Shown here: positions 62,389 through 64,000 of the stretch, one piece after another
Position numbering within the stretch: position 1 is the first letter of the stretch
Layout of the letters: each line of letters begins with the position of its first letter
NCBI GenBank assembly: GCA_947459875.1
Contig: CANHFG010000001.1
Span: 43,624-107,623, forward strand
Source of the DNA: Ignavibacteria bacterium
GTDB taxonomy: Bacteria > Bacteroidota > Ignavibacteria > Kapaibacteriales > Kapaibacteriaceae
Reading direction: 5' to 3'
Length of the DNA stretch: 64,000 nt
The notes under the pieces: model-generated
The model's input: only the letters and a program-made list of their open reading frames with translations
Databases searched by the model: none
Told to the model about the DNA's origin: nothing
Translations under genes and position numbers: made by a program

Positions 62389-63705
62389 ATGATGGCAATT
62401 GAGTTGGATGTATCATCTCTGACGTCCGATGCACGCATTCGCGTGGTCGGCGTAGGCGGCGGTGGCGGCAATGCAGTCCGCACCATGATCGCCCGTGGAC
62501 TCGATGGAGTCGAGTTCGTTGCAGCAAACACAGACCGTCAGGCTCTTTTGAGCAATCCGGCTGGCATCAAGCTTCAGCTTGGTAAGGATGTGACGCGTGG
62601 TCTTGGAGCCGGAGCCGATCCCAATAGGGGGCGGATGGCTGTCGAGGAAAGCCTTGACGACGTGCGCGAAGCCCTTGAAGGCAGTGACATGATCTTCGTG
62701 ACCGCTGGTATGGGCGGAGGCACGGGGACCGGGGCTGCGCCGGTGATCGCACGTATTGGTCGCGAGATCGGTGCCCTCGTCGTGGGCATCGTGACCAAGC
62801 CGTTCAACTATGAATCCAAAAGGCGCATGGCCGTTGCCGAAAACGGCATCAAGGACCTGCGCGAACATGTAGATGCGCTGATCGTCATTCCCAATCAGCG
62901 GATCCTGACGGTCGTGGACAGGGACGTAACGTTTGCCAATGCGCTCATGATGGTCGACAACGTTCTGTACAACGCCACGAAGGGCATTGCGGATATCATC
63001 TCCGGTGTCGGGTATATGAACGTCGACTTTGCCGACGTCCGCACGGTCATGTCCGGCATGGGCGATGCGCTCATGGGGATCGGCCGCGCCAGTGGCGAGC
63101 ACCGTGCCATTGAGGCAGCACAGAACGCATTGAATTCTCCGATCCTTGAGGGCATGTCGATCTTCGGTGCGCAGGGACTTCTTGTCAATGTGACAGGGGG
63201 CTCGGGCATGACAATGTTCGAGGTCAGCGAAGCTGTCGCCGCCATCGAACAGGCCGCCGGCGATGAGGTGAACCTCATCCACGGCGTGGTGATCGACGAA
63301 CGTATGGAAGACGAGATCGCCATCACAGTTGTGGCCACGGGCTTCCACCGTCAACACGAAGAAAAGAAAGCCACGGTTGTTCCTGTGGCAGCGCCGGTGG
63401 CCGGGCCTATCATCGAGATCGTCCGCCAGCAGCCAGAACGCGATGTGGTAGCGGAAACTCCCGCACCATCGCCAGCTCCAACTGCTCCTGCCGCATCTGA
63501 AATTGATGTCAACGACATCAACGTTCCGACCTATCTGCGACGTCAACGCGAACGTGAGCAGGACCATCGTCAGACCGGTATGCCACATTCCGAGCCCCCT
63601 TCATCGGGCTCCGTTCCTGTAGCCGCTCCGGATCCATCTCAACCGCAGATGCGCCGCGCTGCCGCCGGCAGCCAACCGGCGTTTCTGCGGAAAATCATGG
63701 ATTGA
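62389..63705 (+). CDS. ftsZ: Cell division protein FtsZ
   Basis: Tubulin signature GGGTGTG (GMGGGTGTGAAPVIA), NTDRQAL, and a C-terminal conserved peptide (DVNDINVPTYLRRQ). Confidence 0.95.
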   Translation: MMAIELDVSSLTSDARIRVVGVGGGGGNAVRTMIARGLDGVEFVAANTDRQALLSNPAGIKLQLGKDVTRGLGAGADPNRGRMAVEESLDDVREALEGSDMIFVTAGMGGGTGTGAAPVIARIGREIGALVVGIVTKPFNYESKRRMAVAENGIKDLREHVDALIVIPNQRILTVVDRDVTFANALMMVDNVLYNATKGIADIISGVGYMNVDFADVRTVMSGMGDALMGIGRASGEHRAIEAAQNALNSPILEGMSIFGAQGLLVNVTGGSGMTMFEVSEAVAAIEQAAGDEVNLIHGVVIDERMEDEIAITVVATGFHRQHEEKKATVVPVAAPVAGPIIEIVRQQPERDVVAETPAPSPAPTAPAASEIDVNDINVPTYLRRQREREQDHRQTGMPHSEPPSSGSVPVAAPDPSQPQMRRAAAGSQPAFLRKIMD

Positions 63706-63712
63706 GAAGAGA

Positions 63713-63895
63713 ATTACGGGAGTACGGAAGTACGGAAGTACGGAAGTACGGAATTACGGAAGTACGGAAGTACCGAATTACGGAAGTACGGAAGTACCGA
63801 ATTACGGAAGTACGGAAGTACCGAAGTACGGAAGTACGGAATTACGGAAGTACGGAAGTACCGAATTACGGAAGTACGGAATTACCGAATTACGG
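63713..63895. repeat. Tandem array of about 23 copies of the 8-bp unit AGTACGGA (variants ATTACGGA and AGTACCGA) with a 24-bp higher-order period
   Basis: Direct reading gives attacggg, agtacgga x4, attacgga, then repeated agtacgga-agtaccga-attacgga triplets. It begins 8 nt after the ftsZ stop. The ORF 63702..63962 (ITEVRKYR repeats) is its translation artefact. Confidence 0.9.
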
Positions 63896-64000
63896 AATGA
63901 CGCAGTGTTTTTGGGGTGAGACGAAGTCTCGTCCGTGCTATTCTGTGCGCTACCGGGACTGATGCTCTTTAACGCGTTGCAAAAGAAGCATGCCGGTGAG

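Noticed and set aside
63713-63895. Possible CRISPR array
   Set aside because: The units are 8 bp, contiguous and without unique spacers. No cas genes are in the window.
63702-63962. 86-aa ORF translating as ITEVRKYR repeats
   Set aside because: It is the frame-translation of the 8-bp/24-bp tandem repeat, overlaps the ftsZ stop, and has no RBS. It is treated as a non-coding repeat.

Overview
High-GC (about 60%) bacterial chromosomal window that is mostly housekeeping genes, with several T9SS-type C-terminal sorting domains and a short (287 aa) sigma-A, pointing to an FCB-group organism (Bacteroidota/Chlorobi/Rhodothermaeota-like). Recognised genes in order: hisC (partial, minus strand), type-I asparaginase, alr-scpA-scpB, a lipA operon, RNase P RNA directly downstream of a nif3/zinc-ribbon pair, trmO-metH-purN, purM, recQ, mpl, hydrolase-trmD-rimM, rpoD, an S41 protease, glyQS, dsbD, panC/ilvE, recG, queE, tRNA-Ser, a 3-hydroxyanthranilate dioxygenase/ACMSD pair, and ftsQ-ftsA-ftsZ. 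The least ordinary part is an accessory-looking locus at about 15.1-25.9 kb. Two giant paralogous secreted proteins of unknown function (about 1575 and 1527 aa, both with T9SS C-terminal domains) flank kpsF, and an orphan ~100-bp copy of the kpsF 3' end sits after the second paralog, which is a duplication or recombination scar. The first paralog has a strong NNT-type codon bias unlike its neighbours, suggesting a very abundant surface (S-layer-like) protein. Other signals worth a second look are a cluster of at least six DnaA-box-like 9-mers in an AT-rich 240-bp spacer immediately upstream of ftsQAZ, which is detached from the mur/dcw genes, and a 23-copy 8-bp tandem repeat array right after ftsZ. 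Two further T9SS cargo genes (a 1413-aa S8 subtilase with FG-GAP-like repeats and a BNR-repeat protein) flank mpl. All coordinates of re-derived starts are approximate to within 1-3 nt, and functions are inferred from motifs recalled from memory, not from database searches.
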